From NCBI GenBank assembly GCA_046331705.1, contig JAXLQJ010000048.1, positions 1-57,109 of the forward strand: a stretch of DNA of 57,109 nucleotides. Reading direction: 5' to 3'. The stretch comes from a bacterium. Its GTDB lineage: Bacteria; JADJOY01. The position numbers were made by a program, and so were the translations under genes. The notes below the pieces were generated by a model that was not told the origin of the DNA, searched no databases, and saw only the letters and a list, made by a program, of their open reading frames with translations. Position 1 is the stretch's first letter, and every line of letters begins with the position of its first letter. This document shows positions 25,254-34,165 of this stretch, one piece after another.

Positions 25254-26291
25254 GTGCAGACCGCGGACGCCGTATTCGAGGGTGGCGGAGTCAAGGGGCT
25301 TGCGTTCGTCGGCGCGCTCGAGGTCTTCGAGCAAGCCGGCTATCAGTGGAATCTGCTCGGCGGCACCTCGGCGGGTGCGATCACCGCGTCGCTTCTCGCC
25401 GCCGGATACACCGCCGCCGAGCTCAAACCGATCCTCGCAGACCTCGACTATCGCCGCTTCAAGGACAAGGGCTTCGTCGACTCCATTCCGCTCTTCGGTA
25501 AGGGCGCGAGCCTGATCTTCGAGAAGGGCATCTACGAGGGCGATTACTTCGAGGAATGGCTCCGCAAGCTGTTGAAGGCCAAGGATGCGACGACGTTCGG
25601 GAAGCTGCTCGCACCCGAGGGCTCGCTCTATCGCCATCGCCTGCAAGTGCTCGCCAGCGACATCAGCGAAGGCCGGCTCGTGGTGCTGCCCTCCGGCCTC
25701 TCCCACTACGGCCTCGACGCCGACTCCTTCGACGTGGCGCGCGCCGTGCGCATGAGCATGTCGATCCCGGTCTTCTTCGAGCCGGTGGTGCAATCGGGGC
25801 GCTACTTCGTCGACGGAGGCTTGCTCTCGAACTTCCCGGTTTGGCTGTTCGATCGCCAGCCCTCGGAGGACGAAGAGAGCGATCCGCCGCCGCGCTGGCC
25901 GACGTTCGGCTTCAAGCTCGTGGAGCCGACCGACGGCAAGCCCGCCGAGATCGACACCATCGTGTCGTTCCTCAAGGCGCTCGTCACCACGATGATGGAC
26001 GCCCACGACCGCAAGCACATCGAGGATCTCGACTTCGATCGCACCGTGCCGATCCCCACCCTCGACGTGAAGACCACCGACTTCGACCTGAGCAAGGACA
26101 AGCGCGATCGCCTCTACGCCTCGGGGCGCGAGGCGGCCGAGGGATTCCTCGAGAGGTGGGATTTCGAGAAGTACGTCGCGTCGGCGCGCGCGCCCAAAGG
26201 CTCGGTCAAGCGCGCCGAGCGCAAGAAGTATCGCGAGCTGATCGTGTCGCGCTCCCAGCAGATGCTGGGCTCGCTCGCCTACCGCTCGTGA
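25254..26291 (+). CDS. Patatin-like phospholipase
   Basis: EGGGVKG, GTSAG, SMSIPVFF, DGGLLSNFP. Confidence 0.93.
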   Translation: MQTADAVFEGGGVKGLAFVGALEVFEQAGYQWNLLGGTSAGAITASLLAAGYTAAELKPILADLDYRRFKDKGFVDSIPLFGKGASLIFEKGIYEGDYFEEWLRKLLKAKDATTFGKLLAPEGSLYRHRLQVLASDISEGRLVVLPSGLSHYGLDADSFDVARAVRMSMSIPVFFEPVVQSGRYFVDGGLLSNFPVWLFDRQPSEDEESDPPPRWPTFGFKLVEPTDGKPAEIDTIVSFLKALVTTMMDAHDRKHIEDLDFDRTVPIPTLDVKTTDFDLSKDKRDRLYASGREAAEGFLERWDFEKYVASARAPKGSVKRAERKKYRELIVSRSQQMLGSLAYRS

Positions 26292-26326
26292 GCGACCGCG
26301 CGCGGCGGGCGTGACCGCGCGCCAGC

Positions 26327-26674
26327 TCAGCCGACTGCGGCGTCGACGCGCGTGCGGACGCTCTTGGCCACCCGCCCCGCTTCGCTGAAGAAGCTGTCGA
26401 CCAGCTCCCAGGTGCGCTTCACGGCCACCTCGGGAACGCGCAGCGACTCCTCGACCGTATCGCCCACCAGCTTGGTGACCGACGAGCCGCCTTCGCGGCC
26501 GATGAGCTTGGCGAGCTCGGTGGTCGCCACCTCGACGACGCGCACCGATTGGGTGAGCGTGTCGCCCACGAGCTTGGCGGCGGGCGTGACGAGATGATCG
26601 GCCGCCTCGACGACCTCACGGGCCAGCGGGCTGAGCTCGGGCTTGGGACTCACGGCGATTCGTTGACGGGTCAT
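26327..26674 (-). CDS. Small amphipathic-helical hypothetical protein (115 aa)
   Basis: ATG 26674 preceded by GGAGG; internal repeat KLVGDTLTQSVRVVEVA / KLVGDTVEESLRVPEVA. Confidence 0.75.
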   Translation of the reverse strand: MTRQRIAVSPKPELSPLAREVVEAADHLVTPAAKLVGDTLTQSVRVVEVATTELAKLIGREGGSSVTKLVGDTVEESLRVPEVAVKRTWELVDSFFSEAGRVAKSVRTRVDAAVG

Positions 26675-26732
26675 GGCGTCCTCCGAAGCGCTGGGTCGGC
26701 TCACCGGGTCATCCGACGGCGTCACCAGCGAC

Positions 26733-26772
26733 GTATCACGATGTCGAATCAACATGTAATACATCGTGATAC
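26733..26772. promoter_or_regulatory. Perfect 12-bp inverted repeat, putative operator
   Basis: GTATCACGATGT-N16-ACATCGTGATAC in an AT-rich patch upstream of 26674. Confidence 0.6.
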
Positions 26773-26873
26773 ATCCGTCAAGACCGCAAGACGAGCGGCG
26801 GAGCCAGCGTGGAACGACCCACTCGCTGCCAAACAGGGGCTGCGCAGGCCCCTGCTCAGCTCTTGCGGTGAGC

Positions 26874-28400
26874 TCAGCGACGAACGCGGCGCGCAGGGCG
26901 GCGAGCGCGGCGCGGCGAGCGTGTGATCGTTCGTGACACATCGGCGCTCGAACGTGGCGCCGCGCGCCGCCTGCTGGAGCGCGGAACCTCGACGCACGCC
27001 GCCTCCAGCTCGTCGAGCGCACCGTGCAGCCCGTCGGTGATCTCGTGCGCGTCCGGCACATTGTCGTGGCCTGCGATGACGGCGAACGCGAGCTCCGGTC
27101 CGTAGCTCCACGCCGTCAGGTTCACGCCGATTCCATCCACGATCGGCCCCACCGAATAGAGGTGCTTGAGCTTGGCGCCGGCGATCGTCACCGGCTCCGC
27201 CGGCCCACGCACGTTCGACACGATCGCGTTCGCCGCCGGCCGGTGCAGCCGCGCCAACCGGAGGTCGCTGTACGCCCGGATCGCCCACGACGCGACCCGC
27301 GGCGGCGCGAACTCCGCCCACTCCACCAGCACCTTCGGCCCCAGCCGCTCGTGCGTCTCCTTCGCCGCCTCCGCCACCTTGTGGATGCGGCGCAGCCGAT
27401 CCCGCGGATCGGCGACGTCGGTGCAGAGCGACATGAAGACGTTCGAGAGCTCGTTGCCCGAAAGCCGGAGCCCCGTGCCGGCCTCGGCCACGGATACCGG
27501 CACGGTCGCGATGAGCGAGCGGTCGGGTGTGAGACCGCGCCGGTGGAGGTAGCGCGTGAGCGCTCCGCCCGCGAGGCCGAGCACCACGTCGTTCAGCGTG
27601 ACCCCCGCCGCGTCCTTGATGCGCTTCACCCGCGCCAGCGAGAGCGAGGTGCTCGCGAACGAGCGCGTCGGCGAGAGCGGCTCGTTGAACGGTGTCTTGG
27701 GAGTCACGAACGGCATGGGCGGATGAATCGTGCTCTCGGCGAAGCGGCGCAGCACCCGCACGCCGCCGCGCACCGTGCGCCCGGCCAGCGGCAGCGCGCC
27801 GCGCAACCGTCGCGCCTGGTGGCGAACGGCGCCGCCCACCAGCGCGAGCGCCGAAGGCAGCGGCTCGGATGCGTGCGGCGCGGGCTCGGACGCTCCGTTC
27901 GCCTCCGCCCCGCCCCCGGCCTCCCGCTCCATCACGCTCGTGAGCATCGCCGCCGAGGCACCGCCGTCGGCGACGGCGTGATGGATCTTGGCCACGAACG
28001 CGAGGTCGCCGCCCGCGAGCCCCTCGACCATCCAGATCTCCCACAGCGGATGGCCGCGGTCGAGCGGATGGCTCGCGATGTCCGCGATGACCGCGTCCAG
28101 CTCACGCGGACCGCCTGGCTCGGGAGCGGCGATGCGGTGCAGGTGGTAGTCGAGATCGAAGTGCGGGTCCTCGATCCACACCGGGTGATCGAGACCGAAC
28201 GGCACCTCCACCACGCGCCAGCGAAACGCGGGCAGGCGGTCCAGCAAACGCGCGAGCTCGTGGCGCAGCCGCTCGAAGCGGTCGCTGGGAGAGAGCCCCG
28301 CGGGTGGCTCGACCACCGCCACCTTCAGGGTGTGCATCAAGACGGTGGGGGATTCCGTGTAGAGAAAGCTGGCGTCGAAGCCGGTCAGTCGTCGCACCAT
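26874..28400 (-). CDS. Wax ester synthase / diacylglycerol acyltransferase (WS/DGAT)
   Basis: RLTGFDASFL, HPLWE, catalytic HHAVADG, TLNDVVL, SNVRGP. Confidence 0.95.
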   Translation of the reverse strand: MVRRLTGFDASFLYTESPTVLMHTLKVAVVEPPAGLSPSDRFERLRHELARLLDRLPAFRWRVVEVPFGLDHPVWIEDPHFDLDYHLHRIAAPEPGGPRELDAVIADIASHPLDRGHPLWEIWMVEGLAGGDLAFVAKIHHAVADGGASAAMLTSVMEREAGGGAEANGASEPAPHASEPLPSALALVGGAVRHQARRLRGALPLAGRTVRGGVRVLRRFAESTIHPPMPFVTPKTPFNEPLSPTRSFASTSLSLARVKRIKDAAGVTLNDVVLGLAGGALTRYLHRRGLTPDRSLIATVPVSVAEAGTGLRLSGNELSNVFMSLCTDVADPRDRLRRIHKVAEAAKETHERLGPKVLVEWAEFAPPRVASWAIRAYSDLRLARLHRPAANAIVSNVRGPAEPVTIAGAKLKHLYSVGPIVDGIGVNLTAWSYGPELAFAVIAGHDNVPDAHEITDGLHGALDELEAACVEVPRSSRRRAAPRSSADVSRTITRSPRRARRPARRVRR

Positions 28401-28418
28401 GCTCCCTCGAAGGACGGG

Positions 28419-29627
28419 TCAGGCTCCCGCGCTGCGAAAGCCGGCGTCCATCAGCACGCGGTCCACGAAGCGCGCCACCTGTCCCGACCAGAAGTAACTC
28501 ACGTGACCACCGTCGAACCAGCGGATGGTGCACCGATCCCAGGCCTGCCACAGCCGGTCCGCCTGCGCCGGCGTGGTGATGCGATCGGCGTGGCCGGCGA
28601 AGATGAAGCGCCTGTCGGAGGGGGCGCGCGAGCCCACCAGCTTGGGCGAGATGAGCCGAAAGAGCTCCTCGGTCTTTCCCCACACCGCCTGCGACCAGTC
28701 CTCGCGCTGACGCATCTCCTCGGGGCTGTGGCTCTGGAAGAGCTGCGGCAGGTCGCACACCGGGATCCCGGCGACCGCCAGCTCCACGTCCTCGAGACCC
28801 GACACCAGTGACGCCACGTACGAGCCCACCGAGAGACCGTAGATGCCGATCCGCGTCGCACCTTGCGCGCGAATCCAGCGCACCAGCCGGCGGGTGTCCC
28901 AGACCGCCTGCGTGATGCCGTTGAGCGTGTCGACGAGGTCGAACGACACCAGCGCCGAGCGCTCCATCCCCGGCGCGCGCCGCGGTCCTTGGAGCGGCAG
29001 CACCGGGAACGCGAGGTTGAGCCCCAGCGAGTGGTGCAGCGTGGACGCCCGGAATCCCGGGAAATCCATCCACGGGCTGCCGGTGCCGAGACCATGCACG
29101 CACACCAGCCACGGCCGCGTCGGATCGCCGTGGCGCAGCACCCACGCGTGCGCCGTCTGGTTCGACACGTACGAGCGCCAGCGAGCGGCACCGATCTGAT
29201 CGCGCGGCGGCTCGAAATCGCTGCGAAACGCGAGGTGCTCGAAGGCGAGGCCGGGAAACCAGCCGTGGCTCACCTCGAGGCCGTCGATGGGCGGCGGCGC
29301 CGCGTGATAGAGGCTCGGCTCGGTGAGCGCGCCGCTCGACGCGTAGAAGGCATGCGCCTCGTCCACCTCGCGGCGCACGCGCGCCAGCTCCTCGTCGCTG
29401 GGGAAGCGCTCGGCGGATTTCATGACGCCGAGCATCGCGTCGTCGATGGCGCCGCCGACGGCGCGCGACGCCGTCGCGAACGCCGAGCGATTGCGTTCCT
29501 CGGAGCGACTCGCGAACGGTGGCGGAGCAGCCGGTGCCGGGCGCGCGGGCCGCCCGAACGCCCCGCTCAGCCAGCGCCCGAATCGACGCAACCACCCCGC
29601 CGGCCTGGCCTCAGCGCTCGCGCTCAT
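28419..29627 (-). CDS. Alpha/beta hydrolase (lipase/esterase-like)
   Basis: VHGLG, nucleophile GLSVG, ADRIT, GGH. Confidence 0.85.
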   Translation of the reverse strand: MSASAEARPAGWLRRFGRWLSGAFGRPARPAPAAPPPFASRSEERNRSAFATASRAVGGAIDDAMLGVMKSAERFPSDEELARVRREVDEAHAFYASSGALTEPSLYHAAPPPIDGLEVSHGWFPGLAFEHLAFRSDFEPPRDQIGAARWRSYVSNQTAHAWVLRHGDPTRPWLVCVHGLGTGSPWMDFPGFRASTLHHSLGLNLAFPVLPLQGPRRAPGMERSALVSFDLVDTLNGITQAVWDTRRLVRWIRAQGATRIGIYGLSVGSYVASLVSGLEDVELAVAGIPVCDLPQLFQSHSPEEMRQREDWSQAVWGKTEELFRLISPKLVGSRAPSDRRFIFAGHADRITTPAQADRLWQAWDRCTIRWFDGGHVSYFWSGQVARFVDRVLMDAGFRSAGA

Positions 29628-29848
29628 CCCTCACCTCCACACCGGCTCGATGTCCACGATCCCTCGGTCTGGAGGAGTCGCCGTCGCTCGCGACGCGCGT
29701 GTCCGACCGCGCGCACCGAGGGACCGGTGCGCCTCCAAACCGACACACACGGTGCGCGGACGCGACCGCGATCGCGCCGCTCCTTCATCGCCGAAACAAA
29801 CGCGAAAATGGGCAGCCACCCGCATGCGCCTCCCGTGGTCGACCAAAA

Positions 29849-29862
29849 TAGAACGTGTTTCA
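29849..29862. promoter_or_regulatory. KstR-like (TetR-family) operator
   Basis: TAGAACGTGTTTCA fits TnnAACnnGTTnnA; ends 12 bp before the acyl-CoA synthetase ATG, in a divergent intergenic region. Confidence 0.55.
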
Positions 29863-29873
29863 ATGGAACGCCA

Positions 29874-31703
29874 ATGAAGACTCCCGACGCCCTCGCCTCG
29901 CTACCTCTCGGCGACACCCTGTCGCTGGCACTCGATCTCGCCTCCGCGGCGCGCTACGGCGTGCGCATGGCGATCGACTCGCCCCAGCTCATCCCGTACG
30001 GGATCGGCAGCCCGGCACGGATGCTCGAGTCGCGGGCCCGCCGCAACGCACGCGATCTCGCGCTGCTCTATCGCGACGAGCGCCACAGCTGGGCCCAGGT
30101 CAACGCGCACGCGAACCAGTACGCGAGCTGGTTCGAGCGCCACGGCGTCCGCCCCAAGACCGTGGTCGCGATCGTCATGGACAATCGGCCCGACTTCCTG
30201 TTCGCGCTCCTCGGCCTCTCCAAGCTCGGCGCCGTGGGCGCCCTCATCAACACCCAGCTCGTGGGCGCGGCTCTCGCACATGCCATCCACGTGAGCCGCG
30301 CCAAGTTCCTGCTGGTGGGCGCCGAGCGTCGCGCCCAGGTGCACGCCCTCGAACGCGAGGGCGCGAGCGCACTCACCAACCTGACCGTGTGGGTGGCCCG
30401 CGAGGACGGCGATTCCGATACCGATCCCCGCACGCTGCCCGCCACCATCGACGACGAGGTCCGTCGCGAGCCCACACGCAACCGCCTGCGTCTTCACATC
30501 CCCAGCAACAAAGACGTGTTCTGCTACGTCTACACCTCCGGCACCACCGGGCTGCCCAAAGCCGCCGTCATCCGGAACCAGCGCATGCTCGGCGCGAACC
30601 TGGTGTTCGGCCACCTCATGCACCGCGCCGGCCCCGGCGACGTGATCTACGTCCCGCTGCCGCTGTTTCATTCGAACGCGCTCTTCCTGGGCTGGGGATC
30701 CGCGCTCGCCACCGGCGCCGCCATCGCCCTGCGCAGGAAGTTCTCGGTCAGCCAGTTCTGGGACGACGTCCGCGCCTTCGACGCCACGTCGTTCGTCTAC
30801 ATCGGCGAGCTCTGCCGCTACCTGCTGCAAGCGCCCGAGCGCCCCGAGGAACGCCAGCACCGGCTGCGCGTGGCCGTGGGAAACGGCCTCCGTCCCGAGA
30901 TCTGGGAGAAGTTCCAGAAGCGCTTCTCCATCCCGATGGTCCGGGAATTCTACGGCTCCACCGAAGGCAACGCGCCCACCCTCAACTGGCGCGGCCGCCC
31001 CGGCATGATCGGCCGCAAGCTCCGCAACCAGTCGGTGATCCGCTGCGATCCCGAGACCGGCGAGCTGGTCCGCAATCCCCGCGGTTTCTGCGAGGAGGTC
31101 GCCGTCGGCCAATCCGGGCTCTTGGTGGGCAGGCTCAACCCGCTCTTCACGTTCGACGGCTACGTCGATGCCCAAGCCACCGAGCAGAAGATCCTCACCA
31201 ACGTCTTCAAGCGCGGCGATCGCTACTTCAACACCGGCGACTTGGTGCTCATCCACGAGGGCGGCTGGCTCTCCTTCGTCGACCGCCTCGGCGACACCTA
31301 TCGATGGAAAGGCGAAAACGTTTCCACCCAGGAGGTCGCCGAGATCCTCCACCGCGCGCCAGGCGTGCTCGACGCCAACGTCTTCGGCGTCACCGTCCCC
31401 AACGCCGACGGCCGCGCCGGCATGGCCGCGCTACGCGTCGGCCCCGGCTTCACGCCCGCCAAGCTGCTCCACTACGTCAAAGAGCACCTCGCCGTGGCCC
31501 AGCGCCCGCTCTTCGTCCGCGTCCTCGGCGACGCCATGCAGGTCACTTCCACCCTCAAGCCCAAGAAGGGCGAATACCGCGCCCAGGGCTACGACCTGAA
31601 ACGCGTCCGCGACCCCATCTACGTCCTACGCTCCGGCCGCTACGTGAAGCTCACCCCGAAGCTCCTGACCCAGATCCAAGCCGGCACGATCGCGCTCGGG
31701 TGA
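29874..31703 (+). CDS. Long-chain acyl-CoA synthetase, FATP/FadD6 type
   Basis: YVYTSGTTGLPKA, YIGELCRYL, EFYGSTEG, FVDRLGDTYRWKGENVST, GRAGMAA. Confidence 0.95.
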   Translation: MKTPDALASLPLGDTLSLALDLASAARYGVRMAIDSPQLIPYGIGSPARMLESRARRNARDLALLYRDERHSWAQVNAHANQYASWFERHGVRPKTVVAIVMDNRPDFLFALLGLSKLGAVGALINTQLVGAALAHAIHVSRAKFLLVGAERRAQVHALEREGASALTNLTVWVAREDGDSDTDPRTLPATIDDEVRREPTRNRLRLHIPSNKDVFCYVYTSGTTGLPKAAVIRNQRMLGANLVFGHLMHRAGPGDVIYVPLPLFHSNALFLGWGSALATGAAIALRRKFSVSQFWDDVRAFDATSFVYIGELCRYLLQAPERPEERQHRLRVAVGNGLRPEIWEKFQKRFSIPMVREFYGSTEGNAPTLNWRGRPGMIGRKLRNQSVIRCDPETGELVRNPRGFCEEVAVGQSGLLVGRLNPLFTFDGYVDAQATEQKILTNVFKRGDRYFNTGDLVLIHEGGWLSFVDRLGDTYRWKGENVSTQEVAEILHRAPGVLDANVFGVTVPNADGRAGMAALRVGPGFTPAKLLHYVKEHLAVAQRPLFVRVLGDAMQVTSTLKPKKGEYRAQGYDLKRVRDPIYVLRSGRYVKLTPKLLTQIQAGTIALG

Positions 31704-31843
31704 GCGCCCTCGGGTGAGCGCCAACGCAGAGGCCTGAGCTCGCTCGCGATGCCGGCGTGCGCCGTGACCGGATCGCGTGACGCCGGAAGGCCTGACGAAC
31801 ATCGCGGTCGATCGCGACAGGCGAGTGAGCCGGGCGCGATGGG

Positions 31844-32890
31844 TCACCGTCGCGCAACGAGCTTCTTGAGCCGGGCTCGCAGGGGGTGCGGGGTTTCCTT
31901 GGCGAGGGCGTCCATCGCGGCCTGCATCTGGGTGGTGATCTCGGTGTAGCAGCGCTCGATGATCTTGGGGTCGGTGGCGGCCTTGGGGCCGAGCTTGCGC
32001 CAGTCGATGGGTTTCAGGATCTGGACGGTGACCTTGGCGGGCAGCGGCACGCCCGGGAGTGCGGGTGAGATGCCCCAGGGAATCTGCAGGAGGATCGGAT
32101 AGGTCTTCATGCGGATGCGTTCCATTCGGAGCAGCTTGGCGAGCTTCTCGCCGCGCGTGAGCACGACGAGGGTGTGGTGGCCGCCGTGGCCGACGATGGG
32201 CACGATGGGCACCTGCTTCTCGAGGGCGACGCGGATGAAACCTTTGTGGCCACCAAAGTCGACTTTGTCGCGGTCTTTCCAGGGCCGGTACACCTCGTGG
32301 ACGCCGCCGGGATAGACGAGGACGGCGGCACCTTCGTCGAGGGCCTTGCCGACGTTCTCCCAGCTCGCGGGTACCTGGCCGATCTTCCGCATCAGGTCGC
32401 GGAAGCCGGGGATGCCGAACGCGGTGTCGAAGGCGAGGCCGATGAGCGGCTGCGCGAAGCCGCGCTGGCGGTACCAGCCAGCCATCACCGCGGCGGTGTC
32501 CGGGGTGAGCGCGCCGCCCGAGTGGTTCCCCACCAGCATCATCGGGCCGGATTTGGGGATGTTCTCCCAGCCGCGCACCTCGGCGTCGAAGTAGCGGCCC
32601 CAGATCTCCATCAGGGGAATGAGCTTCTTCAGGAACTCGGGGTCGCGCTGGAAATTGGGGCCCGCGACCTCGCGGCGGATCGTTTCGGCCCAGGAGTCGA
32701 CGAGGCCGAGGCGTTTCGCGCGGGACGGCTTCGTCTTCCGGGTGTCGCGCGCGGACGCGACGGAGCGCGTCCCTCCAGCAGAGCGGCGCGCGGGCGTGTC
32801 GGAGTCGGGCGACGCGGACGATCGCGCGCGCCCTGCGGATCGACGCTGCGTTCGTGCGTGTGCGCGCTTCGGTGTGGTCTTGGTCGCCAT
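31844..32890 (-). CDS. Lysophospholipid/glycerolipid acyltransferase (PlsC/DAGAT-like)
   Basis: VGNHSGG...PD, VYPGGVHE, HKGFIRVA, VPIVP; basic low-complexity N terminus. Confidence 0.88.
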   Translation of the reverse strand: MATKTTPKRAHARTQRRSAGRARSSASPDSDTPARRSAGGTRSVASARDTRKTKPSRAKRLGLVDSWAETIRREVAGPNFQRDPEFLKKLIPLMEIWGRYFDAEVRGWENIPKSGPMMLVGNHSGGALTPDTAAVMAGWYRQRGFAQPLIGLAFDTAFGIPGFRDLMRKIGQVPASWENVGKALDEGAAVLVYPGGVHEVYRPWKDRDKVDFGGHKGFIRVALEKQVPIVPIVGHGGHHTLVVLTRGEKLAKLLRMERIRMKTYPILLQIPWGISPALPGVPLPAKVTVQILKPIDWRKLGPKAATDPKIIERCYTEITTQMQAAMDALAKETPHPLRARLKKLVARR

Positions 32891-32901
32891 GGTTCCCTCG
32901 C

Positions 32902-34056
32902 TCAGGCTTCCGTGCACTGGGCGGCGAGGCTCGAGAGCACCACGCCGCGCATGCCGAGCCGGATCACGTCGCGATCGAAGCCGTTGGTGAGGCACACGAA
33001 CGAGATCCCGGTGGCGGGATCGGCCCACGCCACCTGCCCGCCCGCCCCCGGATGGCCGAAGGCCTGGGCGGACACCTCGGAGCCGAAGCCGCGGTAGACC
33101 TTGTCGTCATCACCGGCGATGACCACGCCGAGGCCCCGGTGCGCGCGGCGCCGGATCATGGGGTCGATCAGCTCGCCGGTCCTCACCTCGAGGGCGCGAG
33201 CGATCGTCGCGGGCCGCCACACGCGGTGCTCGCCGTCGCGCGCTGCGAGGTCGTGAAGCAAACCCTGGTAGAAGAGCGCCAGCGCGGAAGCGGTGGCCAC
33301 GGCGCCGCTCGCGGGCGCGCCCACGGCGCGGACGTCGGCGCGGTTGTAGGCCTCGAAGTACTTCTCGTCGTCGGTGACGCTGGGCGGAAGCGCGATGCCG
33401 AGGTCGCGCAGCATCTCCGGCGCGGGGCGCTCACCGACGTGCACCACCGGCGCCACGCGATCCTCGAGGCCGGCGGTGTCGCCGAGGTGAAGATCCGCGA
33501 TGCCGAGCGGGCGCACGATGCGCTCGCGCACGAACTCCCGGAAATCCTGGCCGGCGCGGCGCTCGATCACCTCCGCGAGCACCCAGAAGCTCGTCATCGG
33601 GTGATAGACGAAACGGCTGCCCGGCTCCCAGTCGAGACGCCATTTGCGGAAGCGCTCGAGCCGGCGCTCGCGATCGTTCCAGTCGAGCGGCGCGAACGGC
33701 GCCACCGGGAAGCCGGAGGTGTGCGTGAGGAGCTGCTCGATGGTGACGCGCTCCTTGCCGTTGCTGCCGAACTCCGGGATCACGTCCACCACGCGCTCGC
33801 TCACGTCGAGGCGCCCGTCTTGCTCGAGCAGCCACGCTGCCGAGGCGGTGAGGGCCTTGGTGCACGAGAAGATCGTGTAGAGCGTGTGCTCGTCGGCGGC
33901 GACGCCATCCTTCGCGAAGGTGCGCGCAGCGATCACCTTCCCGTGCCGCGCCACGGCGAGCTGCAACGACGGCAGCACGCCCTCGGCGACGAAGCCGGCC
34001 GCGATCGTGACGAGCTCGTTCACGGCGGCGGGTCGGATCGTTGCTGGCGTGGACAT
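32902..34056 (-). CDS. Serine hydrolase, beta-lactamase fold (esterase)
   Basis: FSCTK (SxxK), LLTHTSG, EPGSRFVYH, FGHPGAGG; GAGGAG RBS. Confidence 0.9.
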   Translation of the reverse strand: MSTPATIRPAAVNELVTIAAGFVAEGVLPSLQLAVARHGKVIAARTFAKDGVAADEHTLYTIFSCTKALTASAAWLLEQDGRLDVSERVVDVIPEFGSNGKERVTIEQLLTHTSGFPVAPFAPLDWNDRERRLERFRKWRLDWEPGSRFVYHPMTSFWVLAEVIERRAGQDFREFVRERIVRPLGIADLHLGDTAGLEDRVAPVVHVGERPAPEMLRDLGIALPPSVTDDEKYFEAYNRADVRAVGAPASGAVATASALALFYQGLLHDLAARDGEHRVWRPATIARALEVRTGELIDPMIRRRAHRGLGVVIAGDDDKVYRGFGSEVSAQAFGHPGAGGQVAWADPATGISFVCLTNGFDRDVIRLGMRGVVLSSLAAQCTEA

Positions 34057-34165
34057 GGTCCTCCTCACGTTGCTCGGTCTTGCCGCGCCTTCGAGTCGCG
34101 CTCGATCGCTCGCTCGCACATCGCCCGCAGGCTCCGTCGTCCGCGCCCGACCGCGGCGCGAATCT

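Noticed and set aside
20800-26291. TIR + hemolysin III + patatin as a Thoeris/CBASS-like defence operon
   Set aside because: Gaps of about 130 and 310 bp, a separate sigma54-like promoter before the patatin, no cyclase, and both downstream genes fit the adjacent lipid cluster; not excluded, but unsupported
32902-34056. Antibiotic-resistance beta-lactamase
   Set aside because: No signal peptide, esterase-type LLTHTSG/GHPG motifs and a lipid-gene context
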